From the NCBI RefSeq assembly GCF_009914755.1, contig NC_060936.1: a stretch of 64,000 bases of DNA; one strand, given 5' to 3'. Positions 1-15,678 of this stretch are shown piece after piece (the stretch's first letter is position 1; every line of letters starts with the position of its first letter). Under the pieces are notes generated by a model that searched no databases, had not been told where the DNA came from, and saw only the letters and a program-made list of their open reading frames with translations. Position numbers and translations under genes: made by a program. Source of the stretch: the human T2T-CHM13v2.0 reference genome, Homo sapiens.

Positions 1-830
1 AAATGATGGGGATTCAGAGAAGAATGGAATGTGGTGCTTAAATGGTGAGACCATGGGTGGGAACCAGCCTTGGATGAAGGATGGGCTTTTTCATCCCATC
101 CTTCACCCTCTCTCCATCTGTGCCCCTGCCGTGTTGTCAGGTGGGTACCCAGCCTTTTATTCTGAGGAAGAGCCATGGGATAAGCCTGCCCGCCCACCAA
201 GGTTGCAGTGAAGAAGAAAGGGCATGAGGACCACAGAGCAAATGAAGGGGCCCTTCCATAAATGGGGGAGTCCCTCCTGTTGCTTGAATGAAGCTAGGTC
301 TTGGGCATCTCAATGTCAGGCATCCCTCAGGGTGACCTGCATTCGCTACAACAGGCCAGGGGCACCTTCTTTAGTAGATGACACCCAAGGCCTCAGTTTC
401 CCTTTCAGACTCTGAGAAAATATTCCAGTGTCCTAAAAAATGTGATGGCTAGAAGCCAAGTGCACTGTGGCCAACAATGCAATCCAGAAAGTCAGTAGAG
501 GCCAAGAGTACGAATTTGGGGTCAAGTCCTGGCTTTGCTACTTGCTAGCTGTGTGATCTGGGACAAGTGACCATACCTCTCTGAGCCCTGGTTTCGCCAT
601 CAGGAAAACAAAGTGCTGTGCAGAGAAAACCAATTAATTGACATAGAGACTGTAGCATGGAGCCAGGCTCACTTCTAGTGCTCCATAGAGATTGACCAGA
701 CTCATAATTATAAAACGTAGGCTTGCCACAGAAGGAGCTTTCTTCTCTGCCTCCGACAACTGAGCTGATTCTCTGGGGTTGAAATTGACTTCCATTCCTC
801 CAGCCATATTCTCTTGCCTAGTGTCCCTTT

Positions 831-1133
<303 letters not shown>

Positions 1134-1506
1134 TGTCTCTTTAGTTCTAGACACTCACTATGAGGCTTCTAGGTAGAACCAGGAGAGCATCCTGTGGCCA
1201 GTGCTGTGTGACCCTGGGTAAGTCTTTTACCTCTCTGAGCCTCGCCCTCATCTATGAAAGTAGGCTGAAACTACACATCCTACTTACGGGGCAGAATTCA
1301 GACACTCTCGGAAGAGGTTGACAACTATTTGTAAGTGACCAAGTGCTCTACAAGAGGGAGGGGTTATCAGAGCAGGGCGAGGCTGACCTGCTGGTCCAGA
1401 TGGACACTGGATCGGGGACCTTGGCCTCTTTGGAACCCTCCTTCAGGGCAGCAAGCTGAGTAACCTGGATATTCTCTTACACGCAGCATTTTAAAGTGAC
1501 CGCTCC

Positions 1507-1806
<300 letters not shown>

Positions 1807-2439
1807 GTGACTGCTCCCAAGTACAGAAGGTGCTGAAACTTTGGGATTCACTATCTGCCTTCCCCAAACCCCCTCGTATTGCTGCCACTGCCTGCTGGAG
1901 CCACCTTCCTCCTGGGATGAAGGGATAAGACTGTCTTTAGAGTAAACATCACTTCTCCTCGCACGTAAGTGCCACCATCCTGAAACTACAGGGACGTCCC
2001 ATGGGGGAATGGAAGAGATGTGGCAGGAGATTAAGCCTGTTTCCAAGAGGAAAGAAAGAAAGAAAATGGGGACAACAGAGCAGGAGAGACAAGGCACTGC
2101 TGAGAAGCAGTGATGGCTCCCACCTCAGCTTGGCTCCCCGACTGGCGTGTGTGTCCTGGATCTGGGGCTCTGGGACTGGTGGGCTTCACTGTCACCCAAG
2201 TCAGTGGGTTTTCTTGGGCCAGTGACTTCACCCAGCATCCAGGATGCCAGTGCTGATGCCCACCCCGACATGCAGCCTGGATGGAGAGGTCACCGGGAGG
2301 ATGAGCATTTTCCAGGCAGCCGTGTGCTCTAAGCGGCTTGAATCAAGCCAGGACTGCCCGTCACAAGAGTGACCCCGAAGAACATTCTAGCTCTGGGATT
2401 CCAATTCCTAACTTGGGACACTGATGCCTAAAGAGGTCC

Positions 2440-2620
2440 TTATTTCAGCCCCTAGGAGGCCATTTGGTAATTTGTGGAGGTAGTTTTGGTTGTTACAAGG
2501 ATGGAGGTGGGGGTGCTCCTGGCATTGTAGTAGTAGGGAGGTGGCATTAGGGGTGGTGGTCCTCCTGCAACGCCAGGAACATGAAGGAAGAGAGTCTTGC
2601 ATGCCACATGATCTCTGGGA
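2440..2620. mobile_element. MER20-like hAT fragment
   Basis: catttggtaatttgtggagg...ttttggttgttacaa...gtgctcctggcat. Confidence 0.45.
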
Positions 2621-3142
2621 CTTCACACATATAAAAGGCAAGCTTATATTCCCGGGCTGAGATCCCAACTCTCTCTTGTATAAACACGGCTTTAAAACAG
2701 ACTGAATTTTCCGTGCAGTAAATCCACTGGGTAAATTAAGGAAAAATTGATTTACCCATCGTTTTATCAGGAGTCATTCACTATTTTGGAAAATTGCATC
2801 ACCAAGGCGACGCTGCTCATGGCATTTGAGCCAAAACAACACACCTGTGTCAGTCTCTGCTTCTGATGCTGTTGTGTTTGCTGTGATTCTATGCTTAGGC
2901 GCAAACATCTGATCATTCCAGTGCAGTCGTGTCTGAGCACTGATATGTTAAATTACAGGCTTTTGAAATTATAAGTTACTTTTATGAGGTCCCCTTCATT
3001 TTATAGTTAATGGCATTATATTAGATTTTAAAAATATGAAGTGCGAGTAGCACTTCTAACTGGATCCATGAATTAGCATCCAGTTAGTAAAGACATTTAA
3101 ACTGCTATCCATGAATTAGCATCCAGTTAGTAAAGACATTTA

Positions 3143-3547
<405 letters not shown>

Positions 3548-5227
3548 TCATCCTTAGAACTGCTCACCTAAGTGGGTTTCACAGAGCCCTGTACTTGCTC
3601 TAAGCCACCTTCTCTAGACCTTGTTTCTCCTCTGAAGCAGGTTTTTTGGCCGCTTTCGGGCAAACCACCTCATCACGGTCACAGTTGAGATGGGTGACTA
3701 GTGGGAGGGCCGCAAGGGATGAGGGAAGCTGAGAGCTTGGATGCAGCCTCCTGAGCTGGGAAAATAGGTCTGCAGGGGCAGGACTCCATGGCAGGCCGAC
3801 TTGTCCCTCCCTCTTCCTTGGGGAAACAAAGGCAGGACATTGCTTCCTGAGATGGCGTTTGGAGAGGAGCCCCTTGGTGCTTGGTGACACGAGGGCTCCC
3901 GTGAAGTCCTCCACATCACACCCAAGCCTAGAGTTCTGCACCAATCCTCGTGTCCCAGACTGTCGGCTGGGGGAGAGGATCAAACGAACTCCCTGGAGGG
4001 GAAGGACCCAGCTCCCAGTTCTGGAAGAGAGGGTGCACTGGGATCCTCTGGGGGACGTCTCCACATCGCATACAGAGATTCAGACTCCTGGAGTTCTGGG
4101 GGTGTGGCTGAAATAGAGCCCCTCAGAACTCTGATACTCACCCCTCCATGCCCACCTGATGCCCAGTTGAGAATTGCAATCAAGTGCATGGATATTAGAT
4201 ACGGCTGGGATTCAGCTGCCCATGGGAAGGGGACTCTGCTTATATAAAGTAAGACAGAGCTCCCATTCCACACTGGTGCTGCTCTTCTCAGGAGAGGGAG
4301 CACTGAGGGACAGGGAGCACTGAGGGACAGGGAGGGTGGTAGAGGATTGGGAGGCAGAGGTGGTGCTTGGGGGCAGCCTTTCGGGAGGGACACTTCCCAA
4401 AGCCTCCTGGCAAATAAGGCCAATGCCTTCCGTTCTGGTTCCTACAGCTGCCTTAGGATTTAACTCTATGGCATGAGCTGGACTACTGGGAGACACAGCA
4501 AGGCCTCAAGATGCCACCTCCACTGGATGTGCTGCTGGAGGGACCCATGGGCAGTGGCAGCTCCCTGAGGCCCGGGTTCCAGCCTGGGAGGCCTCCTGTG
4601 CTAGTTGTGGGTAAACCAGGCTTCAAATCTCCCCCAGCCAGCAGAATCTTGAAGACTAATCCTGGCTACCCACTCTGGAAATGGACATCCAATGCCACAG
4701 AGTTCCCCACGCATGCATCTACCTCACTGAGACGTCACACAATGCTGTGTGTATTCGGTCCAAGACTATTGGTCTTCCTCCTCCTGGGGATGAGGACCAA
4801 AGGTGCAGGGAGGACTCCAGGCTGTCCCCAGGGAATGTACCGAGGAAAAAAGGAGTAGGTTGGAGGGAAGGGGCTTAAAGGGAGGCCAGTGACCCTGGTT
4901 TCCCCTCTGCCCAGGGACTTGTGATGGAGCCCCTGTCTTACTCCTTGGGGGGCTCTTGGGTCTTACTGGAATTGGCCCCATTTTTGTCCAGGTGTGAGAA
5001 GTTAGGAAAACTCTGATGCACTGGCAGGCTGAGGTGGGCTGTGACAGACTGAGGGGCCACCAAAGGGCAGTTTGGGAGGAAGGTGCATGCCAAGCAGTGC
5101 CTCAAACACGTTAAGCACACTCCTACCTGAGGACTCTGCACAGGATCTTCTCTCTACCTGGAGTGCCCATCCCCTCTCCCACCCCCTAGAAAGCTGCCAG
5201 ACTCCCTCCCTCCCTTCCTCCAGGCAT

Positions 5228-5522
<295 letters not shown>

Positions 5523-5593
5523 GGTATTTAAATGTTGCCTTCCTAGTGAGACCTGCCCTAGCCTCCCTATTTAAAAGTTCTCAATATTTCTGA

Positions 5594-5786
<193 letters not shown>

Positions 5787-5832
5787 TCCCTTTCCTGCTT
5801 TCTTTATCTCCTTTACATATATCCCTAACAGA

Positions 5833-6185
5833 CGGTCATGCATCGCTTAATGACGGGGACACATTCTGTGAAATGCATCATTAGGCAATTCAGTGATTGT
5901 GGGAACATCATAGAGTGCACTTACACAAACCTGGATGGGAGAGCCTACTCCACACCTAGGCTATACGGTGTAGCCTAATGCCTCCAGGCTACAAACCTGT
6001 ACAGCATGTGACTGTACGGAATGCTGCAGGCAACTGTAACACAATTGTAAGGATCTGTGTATCCAAACATATCTAAACATGGAAAAGGTACAGTAACAAT
6101 ACAGTTTTATAATCTAATGGGATCCCTGATACATAAGCGGCCCTTTGATGACTGAGACATCATTATGCACCTGTAGCACATGACC
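5833..6185 (+). mobile_element. Tigger3/Golem-like (TcMar) DNA transposon MITE
   Basis: gtcatgcatcgcttaatgacgggg...acatcatagagtgcacttacacaaacct...cacatgac. Confidence 0.75.
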
Positions 6186-7354
6186 TCATTACATATTTAT
6201 ATATTTATCTTATTTACCACCAGTCCTCCCCACTATACTGTGAGCTCCCCAATGGCAGGGGATTTGTTGATTTCATTCATTGCTCTACCCTAGAGCTTAG
6301 GACAGTGCCTGACACACAGTAGGTCCTCAATGAACATTTGTTAAATGAGTGAATGCAGGGGTCTGGGGAGCTACCTTAACCCAGGCCCCCAGATTGTGGG
6401 GGGCGGAATGTTCCTGAAGATCTCTAAGTGCTCTGAGGACACTTTGGGGTTCTTGGGGAAAGGGTTGGGAAATCTTGGCCTGGATTTTTTGGTGGCCTCA
6501 GACTGAGCCTCCCTCTGGGTATACCTAGACCCACCCTGGCAGCATTGGGGGCTGTAGCGTCAGTGCCAGACCTAAGATGCAAATGGAAGGGGGACAGAGA
6601 AACTTCTCTCTGTGTTTAATCTCCTGACCCATTATTCTCTGACTGCCTGGCCCAGCTGCTGATTTTCTCCCCATAGAAGGAGCTAGCATCACCCACTCTG
6701 TTGCCAGCTTTCCTCCTGCAGAGAATTGAAAACATTAATCTGGCAAACACAGAGGGCTGGTACCCAGTTCTTTAAGTTCTAGTCCCAGCTCCCACATAAT
6801 CCCAGCAAGACTGCGGTTTTTAGGAACCGGGGCCAGTTCTAGACTTTGATTCCCTTCTACTCCTTCAGAATTTTACGCATCCTGGACTGGCTGCAATGAG
6901 GAGAAAGCTGATTTAAGCTAAGGGTTGCCCAGGGCTCAGCTCTTCCCTCCTGTCTTCCAAGGGTTTTTGCAGAGCCACACACCCCAGGGTGCCACGCACA
7001 CACGCCTCCCACTTGCTAGGCAACCTCAGGAAGGGCAGCCTCCACTCCGAGCCTCCGTCTTCTCACTTGTGAAACATAGATTGCAAAAATGCAAGTAAGT
7101 TTCCTGGAGGATTATAGGGGATAAAGATGAGAAGACACACTGTCTGCTACCATGATGATTAATTCGCTCTGGGTTTTGTGACAAGAGAAGCATCCTAGAA
7201 GCTATGCCCTGTGGCCTCTTGTGAATGTAATTTTAAGTGAAGATCAAGGGGGCCGTCAAGTGGTTATGCAAAAACAGGTATCTGAGACAGCCCAGGTTGG
7301 CTTCTGGGCTATGAGGCTGAGTCTCAGTAGACGCACATGCACACACACAAGCAT

Positions 7355-7356
<2 letters not shown>

Positions 7357-7388
<32 letters not shown>
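7357..7388. repeat. (GT)16 microsatellite at the start of intron 2
   Basis: (AC)16 on the + strand, ~15 nt inside the exon 2 donor. Confidence 0.95.
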
Positions 7389-7390
<2 letters not shown>

Positions 7391-7403
7391 CTGTGGAGCT
7401 TAC

Positions 7404-8128
7404 CTGTCCACCTGGATTCCCATATCTTTCATCTCTGCCTTGGCAGGTGCCCCTCCCTTGACCCCTCTGCTCCCACTGGTGAGAAGGCTCAGCACAGGCT
7501 CTATCTCCTTGAGCAGTTCATTGTTCTCCCCTCTGCCTTGGAGGCTGACTCTGGTTGCTTTCTTCGCGGGGTCCTGGCCTGGGGGCCTGGGGGCCAGGCC
7601 GTTGGCATGGGGGAGTGAGCCAGCCTCCTGCCCATCATCGTAGGCATGCTGAGGCCCATTCCCGGGACCCGAGGCCCCATCCACTGCCAGGGGCTGTTCT
7701 TTGCCGGCCGGTGGCTGGTGGGACAGATCCACGGCTTTGGTGGGGGGACCCAGGGGCTGTGTCACCCGGATGGTCTTGGGGGTCCCATCACCTGTAAAGG
7801 TGGTCTCCAGGTGCGTGGTGAAACCTTCAGGGCCCCTCAGAATGAGGACCACGTGGGTCTCAGAGGCAATGCCTCTGAGTACCTCCAGGGCGCTGTCATA
7901 GCTCAGGTCCACCAAGGGCCGGCCGTTGACCGCAAGAATGATGTCTCCGGCCTGGATGAGGCCACTCTGCTCTGCGGCGCCCCCACGAATCAGGTCAGAG
8001 ATGATCACGGGCGGCTTACTGACCCGCTCCTTCACCAGAAATCCCAGGCCCCCAACTTTGCGCTTGAAGAGACGAACAGAAATGACATTGGGCTGGATTT
8101 GCTGAACACCGAACATGTGATCCTCCAT
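7404..8128 (-). CDS. NOS1: NOS1 first coding exon (exon 2 CDS, codons 1-241 plus 2 nt): PDZ domain, beta-finger, LC8/PIN-binding motif
   Basis: Translation MEDHMFGVQQIQPNVISVRLFKRKVGGLGFLVK... is nNOS, with the GLGF loop, ETTF beta-finger and KDMGIQVD motif. ATG at 8128 is in a strong Kozak context (ACCATGG). Donor CAG|GTAAGC at 7404/7403. The gene continues off the left edge of the window. Confidence 0.98.
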
Positions 8129-8548
8129 GGTAACTAGCTTCCGAGGGGTCCTGTCTGAAGACCTCACAATGCTATCAGGCCAAGATGATTTCACCAGGAG
8201 GATCCAGGCTTCAGGCTACACGGAGAGCAGGAGCCGGGGTGACAGGTGCTGACAAGGCTTCAGCCCTCTCTGTCTTTGACGTCAGCTCAGCGTCACCCAC
8301 TCATGGCTGGTGGCCCGTCGGTGGCATGATTTCCTGCATCCGCCTCTCTCCTTATTCTCTAAGGAAGTGATGGTTGACCAGGCAGACGTCAAGAGAGGCG
8401 GTGGGACGTGTCCCTAAGGTCAGGCAGAAAGGGGAGGAGATGCGTCTGATGGCTGTGTCTAGAAGTGACGCATGATAGATGTGAACTATTCTCTGGGTAT
8501 CTTCATTGCCAGCCTGTTAGATGCGGATCAGATCTGAGGCATCATGAG
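8129..8548 (-). other. NOS1: NOS1 exon 2 5'UTR (420 nt), common acceptor for the alternative first exons
   Basis: Polypyrimidine tract and acceptor ccctcctgttcttcctcttcAG|CTCATG at 8549/8548; total exon length 1145 nt. Confidence 0.92.
8277..8284. promoter_or_regulatory. Full CRE palindrome TGACGTCA in the exon 2 5'UTR
   Basis: Exact match. A near-CRE (AGACGTCA) is at 8384-8391, with half-sites at 8291-8295 and 8466-8470. Confidence 0.7.
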
Positions 8549-9506
8549 CTGAAGAGGAAGAACAGGAGGGGATGAAAAGAATTTAAAAAAAGAGATTGAA
8601 GTAGAGTGCCCAACACCACCTTGAAAACTGAGATAGAAAATGCAGCCAATTGACAAAGTCTAGACACAAGACACTCCAGAATTTCAAGCCAACCTAGAAA
8701 CAAAATCCTTCTTCCTGGAGGGGGCACCTTTCAAGGTTAGCTGCAAATTACCTAGTTTCACTTCCATGATCAAAGCCCTCTGGGACAAAAGGGTCTCCCT
8801 GGGCAAACATGGACAGTCAGCCCCAGAAATCAAGTGACGAGAATCAAAAGACCTCTCTTATCTCTTTCCCACCACGAGAGGTCATCAGTCCAACTTGTCA
8901 AGCATTCTAGTTGCTCTCTGTGTCTTGTATACATTTTCCATCCATAGCTCGGGGGCTCAGCTGGCACAGATTTTTGGGCTCTCTGTTCCAGCCACTCCCA
9001 AAGCCCAGTGGAACGGGAATGACACTGCCTTCCATGTACACAATGATGACGAATGTCAGTTGGCCTTCATAACCATTTTTGTAATTATTAGCTTGTTCCA
9101 TGTTCAAAAGGATAGGCTTAGTCACACTACAAACATAAATACTAAGAAGATGGGTCCACACAAAATTGTGGAAGACACTTGTGCTCCACAGACAGCTGAA
9201 ACTCTGATGGAGAAGGGGAAACATAGGAACATTGTAGGCACTCAATGAACATTCGTTGACTGAAGAAGGAAAAATCCCAAAGACTAAACACGGCAGACAC
9301 TTTTTGAGCACGTTCGCTCTTAACACATATTTGTTATTTCTCCTTTGATCCTCACGATAACCCCTCAAGAGAAGAGGAAAGGGAAGCTTGGGAAGGTTCA
9401 GTAACTTGTCCAAGGTCACATAGAGAATAATGGCAGGGGGAGGATTTGACCTGGAGCCTGAGCTTTTAAACTTATACTCTAGCTCTTTCAAATTTATATT
9501 ATAGTA

Positions 9507-9943
9507 CAGGTATGGTGGCTCACACCTGTAATCTCAGCAGTTTGGGAGGCTGAGGTGGGAGGATCGCATTAGCCCAGGAGTTTGAGACCAGCCTGGGCAA
9601 CATAGCAAGACCCTTTCTCTATTTATTTAAAAAAAAAATCAGGCCGGTCACAGTGCCTCACACCTATAATCCCAGCACTTTGGGAGGCCAAGGCGGGCGG
9701 ATCACCTGAGGTCAGGAGTTTGGGACCAGCCTGGCCAACATGGTGAAACTTCGTCTCTACTAAAAATACAAAAATTAGCCGGGTGTGGTGGCGGGTGCCT
9801 GTAATCCCAGCTACTCAGGAGGCTGAAGCACAAGAATCGCTTGAACCAAGGAGGCGGAGGTTGCAGTGAGCTGAGATTACGCCATTGCGCTCCAGCCTGG
9901 GCAACAGAGTGAAACTCTGTCTCCCCTGCCCCCCGCCAAAATC
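9507..9943 (+). mobile_element. Alu left monomer followed by an AluS
   Basis: Two Alu units; flanking direct repeat aaatttatattMtagt at 9490 and 9944. Confidence 0.88.
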
Positions 9944-11464
9944 AAATTTATATTCTAGTTATTTTCTTAACTCCTAACTTTCTCCCTGAAATGCTGGCAT
10001 CTTGCAAGTCACTGACTCTCTCAGGCTCAAAGAAATGGGGTCTGGTTGGGGTACCAAAGGCCAATGGGGGCCCAGCTGGAGATGCTGTGGCCCAGGTGAG
10101 GGGCAAGCACCTGTAGCATGTGCCCACGGGGCCGTGTACATGCACAGTGTGGCACATCTGGGATGGGGCAGGTGATCTGTGGGTGTGGGTAGGGTGGGAA
10201 GTAGCCGCCCGTCCCTACTTGTAATTATTAGTTTGGTGCAAGTTCAAAAAGATAGGTTTGGTCACACTACAAACATCAATACCAGCAAGATGGGTAGGAG
10301 ACATCAGAGAACCCTTCCATCTCTTTCCCTGCTCCCCACTCAAGTGCTACTTCCATCTCTGTCCCAAAGCCCCTTCCTGCCAGCATCCTCACCATGCTTC
10401 AGCACCAGGAGGGAGCCCCCATCTGCCATGACTAACAAACTGACACTCACTTCCTCATTTCCCTTTTAGCGACTTCCCAGGGTCACCCCAGGGCTGAGGC
10501 AGCTGACAAGCTCCTGCTGCCTCTGAGAGCAGAAGGTGGGTGCAGAGACCCCTCCCAGAGGGAGGTGCCACCTCCTGGATCCCCTCAATGGGGGGGTGTG
10601 TGGGGGGGATAATTAGCAAGTTCAGCCTCCCCTTTGCAGCCTGCATTACGTAACTCTGTCAGCCCCTCTGTGTGGGTGAGGAAATAATGAATCCCCGGGC
10701 TCAGCCTGGGCTGCGTTCTCCATCTGGCGTTGCTCTGTGTGTGTGTTTCTGTGTATTCATGCGTCGCCCGCGTGCTGTGTCATTTCTCTGCTGTGTGTGG
10801 CCCGGGTGTCAACCGGCTGAGTGTCTTTCGGCATCTTGCTGCTGGGTTCTGGTTTGCAGGGAAACCCATCCAGGACCGCTGTGCCCTTCTCTCTCCTTGC
10901 TTCCTTAACCCTCCCCAAGCCCCATGTCCTGCAGGTACCAAACCCAGGATGCTCACTGTTCAGTTGGTGGCAGAGACAGCCGGGACCTCCAGAGCTCTCT
11001 TGAGCATCCCGTTTGGCATTAAGGCTTAATTCTTTAATGAAAGAAGCAACTGAAAGGCGACCTCTTGGGGAGGCAAGGCCCCCAAGCTGACTTCCTCCAG
11101 ACTCTGGCTTGGGCCAGACCTTACTAAAGGACAGAGGCGGGAATTAGCCTTTGGTGTACTTTGCTTAAGGAAAAAAGAAAACAGAAATGAAGCAATTGGC
11201 AACAGCCCCTGGCCACTCTCAGCACGTTCTTCTCTCTTTCTCTGCTGCATCCTAGAATCAGGGAGGGCTCTGGGCTGGTGCTTGGGAAATTGGTGTGCTG
11301 TTTCTCTCTCACACCTTGGCTGTAGAAAGGAAACTTGATCTTTGGAAGGAGTTGGAAGGAAGCTGGGCTGGGGAGAGGCAGATATATTTTCTGTCTGCTG
11401 AGAGACAGAGACAGAGAGGGAGGGAGACAGAAAGCTCTGGGTCTGAGCTCTGTCAATTAGCTTC

Positions 11465-11892
<428 letters not shown>

Positions 11893-12783
11893 TAAATTAA
11901 GCTGCTATAAGGACACCCGCTTGTCCCGGTTTTTGAATGTCCAGTTTCCATGAGGCTCCGTAGGGAGAGCTGGCCGCCTCCTGCCCCAGGGAAGAGTTTT
12001 AAGGTCCTTCCTGGCTCTATCCGGGTGTTTCTGGGTGAGTTGTTTATTTTCTCTAAACCTCAGTTCCAAAATGCGGTCATTTGTAATCGCCTCGTCTCTG
12101 AGTAACGGGGAGGGTTAAATGAAACAGTAAATGCAGAGAACTTGGCAATGTCATACAGTAGTGAGAACTCAGAAAAGTGGCTTCCTATTATTGTTATGTA
12201 ATAGATAACGATTCGGACTTCCTGGCTTTTAATTCAGTGCACTTTCTACTCTGTCACTGTCCAGCCAAAGGTACTTCAGGCGCCATGTAGAAGGGGGCCC
12301 TTCCCTTGAAATCACACCGAGGCATCTCACGCCGGTCTGGGTGGGGGGCACCGTCTAGGGAGAGACGGCTGCTGGATAGAATTGCCTGAGAGCCCTGCCT
12401 CCGCCCTCAGGAGCTGGGATTTTAAACAAATCACATACGCATGCTTGCCAGGGTACATACCATGGAAACAATACTTGGACCCAAGCCTCATTCAAGTAGT
12501 TCAGTGGCTTCGGGTGTATTTATTGCATTTACCTTGCTGTGAGGAAATTAGTAGCTGACTATCGGGGATGGCTGCCAATGAGAGGGAGGAAGCCCAAATA
12601 GGCCAGCGTCTGCTACTCCCTCCTCTCTGTGCGACCTTGGCCAAGTCCCTCTCCACCCTGAACCTCATTTCTGCAACAGAAGGAAAGGTAACAGCAGCAG
12701 CCTCCTGTGGTTGAGAGCTTACTGTGCACTAAGCATTGGTGCCTGAGCCCTCTGCATAGGGGTTTTATTTAATTGTTACAGAC

Positions 12784-12788
<5 letters not shown>

Positions 12789-12823
<35 letters not shown>

Positions 12824-13053
12824 TCTTGATATCTTGCCCAGGCTGGTCTCAAACTCTGTGCCTCAAGTGATCCTCTTGCCTTAGTCTCCCGAGTAGCTAG
12901 GACTACAGGTGCATGCCACTACACCAAGCTAGTTGTTTTTATATTTGTAGAGACAGAGTCTCACTATGTTCTCGAACTCCTGGGCTCAAGTGACCCTCCT
13001 GCCTCAGCCTCCTGAGTTGCTGTGTCTACAGGCATGAGCCTCCATGCTGGGCC
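12789..13053 (-). mobile_element. AluJ-like element with adjacent (GA)n
   Basis: Alu consensus; GA run at 12789-12818. Confidence 0.8.
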
Positions 13054-13595
13054 TTGTAAGCGCCATTTTTATCTGCACCTTACGGATGGATAAGGCAGAT
13101 GAGGTTCAGGGACATAAATCAAGGAGGTAGACCTGGGTCTAAGTGAGTGGTCAATCACAGTCCTGAAAATAATCTCACAACACTATGCCTCCCTCCTTTT
13201 CCTCCACAAAGCACATCCTCGCCTGTGGATCTGGGTCATATTTGATTGCCCCATTTTATAGATGAGAAAACAAAGCTCCCACAGGGAAGCCTGCTTGTCC
13301 TGGTTTACCCGTGCTTTCCATTTTTAGCATTGAAAGATGAAGAATGTTAGGATGAAGAGGAGCCACCAAGCCTATCTAGTCTAGCTTCCTCATGCAGAAA
13401 CGAGAAAACAGAGGCCTGGAGAAGCAAAGGGCTCATTCAACATGGACCAGCCATAGCTGGAGCATCCAGACCTGTGCTGTCCAATATGGCAGCCGCTTGA
13501 CACACATGGCCATTGAGCACATGGACTGTGGCAGGTTCAGTTGCAATGTGCTGCAAGAGTAAAGTGCACATTGACTTTCAAAGACTAGTATGAGA

Positions 13596-13710
13596 GGTGA
13601 TGGGTGCACCAAAATCTCAGAAGTCACCACTAAAGAACTTAGTCATGTAATCAAACACCACCTGTTCCCCAAAAAACCTATTGAAATAAAAAAATTTAAA
13701 AAACAAAAAA
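13596..13710 (+). mobile_element. 5'-truncated older primate L1 3' end (~115 bp)
   Basis: gtgcaccaaaatctcagaagtcaccactaaagaactt...A tail; TSD caaagactagtatgaga at 13579-13595 and 13711-13727. Confidence 0.75.
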
Positions 13711-13844
13711 CAAAGACTAGTATGAGAAAAAGAACATAAACATCTCCACGATGTTTACTGATTATATTTGAAATTATGCTGTTATGGATATATTGTGTTA
13801 AATAAAATTATTATGAAAGTTAATTTTCCCCATTGCTTTTCACT

Positions 13845-14462
<618 letters not shown>

Positions 14463-14867
14463 GCGCTTTTTACTCTTTTTAATGTGACTTATAAAGCCCA
14501 ACATTACACACATGGCTTGCATTATATTGCCATTGGGCAGCATGGGTCTAGAGTGTGACCGTTGTTCTTTCTGTAGCCTACCATCCCTGGATCTCCTCAA
14601 GAACCTACTGGTAACAGCCAGGCAGAAGACACTTCTTAAAGTTTTCCCTTTTAAAGAAACCAGAAAAATGACAAAGAGGGTTTGCAAATATCACGTCACC
14701 TTTTGAAACTGACCTCTGGGAATAGGCATGGTGGGGGTAGCATGGAAAGAGAGAAAATCCACCCAGAACCATATGAATAGAGAGGTCATAGTAGAATGTC
14801 CCCTGGGCTAATAGTCCAGCATCCAAAATCTTGCTTCCAAGTGTCAGTTAAAATCTAACCCAGGGCT

Positions 14868-15678
<811 letters not shown>

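Noticed and set aside
8129-8197. In-frame GTG (8194) or CTG (8197) N-terminal extension of NOS1 in the ORF track
   Set aside because: Near-cognate codons in weak context; the canonical ATG at 8128 has an optimal Kozak context. No support from the sequence alone.
8714-8727. Second CTCF-like motif CCTGGAGGGGGCAC
   Set aside because: Two mismatches in the core and no upstream module; too weak to call.
10398-10420. RE1/NRSE-like TTCAGCACC (also TCAGCACC at ~45291-45310)
   Set aside because: Only the left half-site matches; the right half has wrong spacing or key mismatches.
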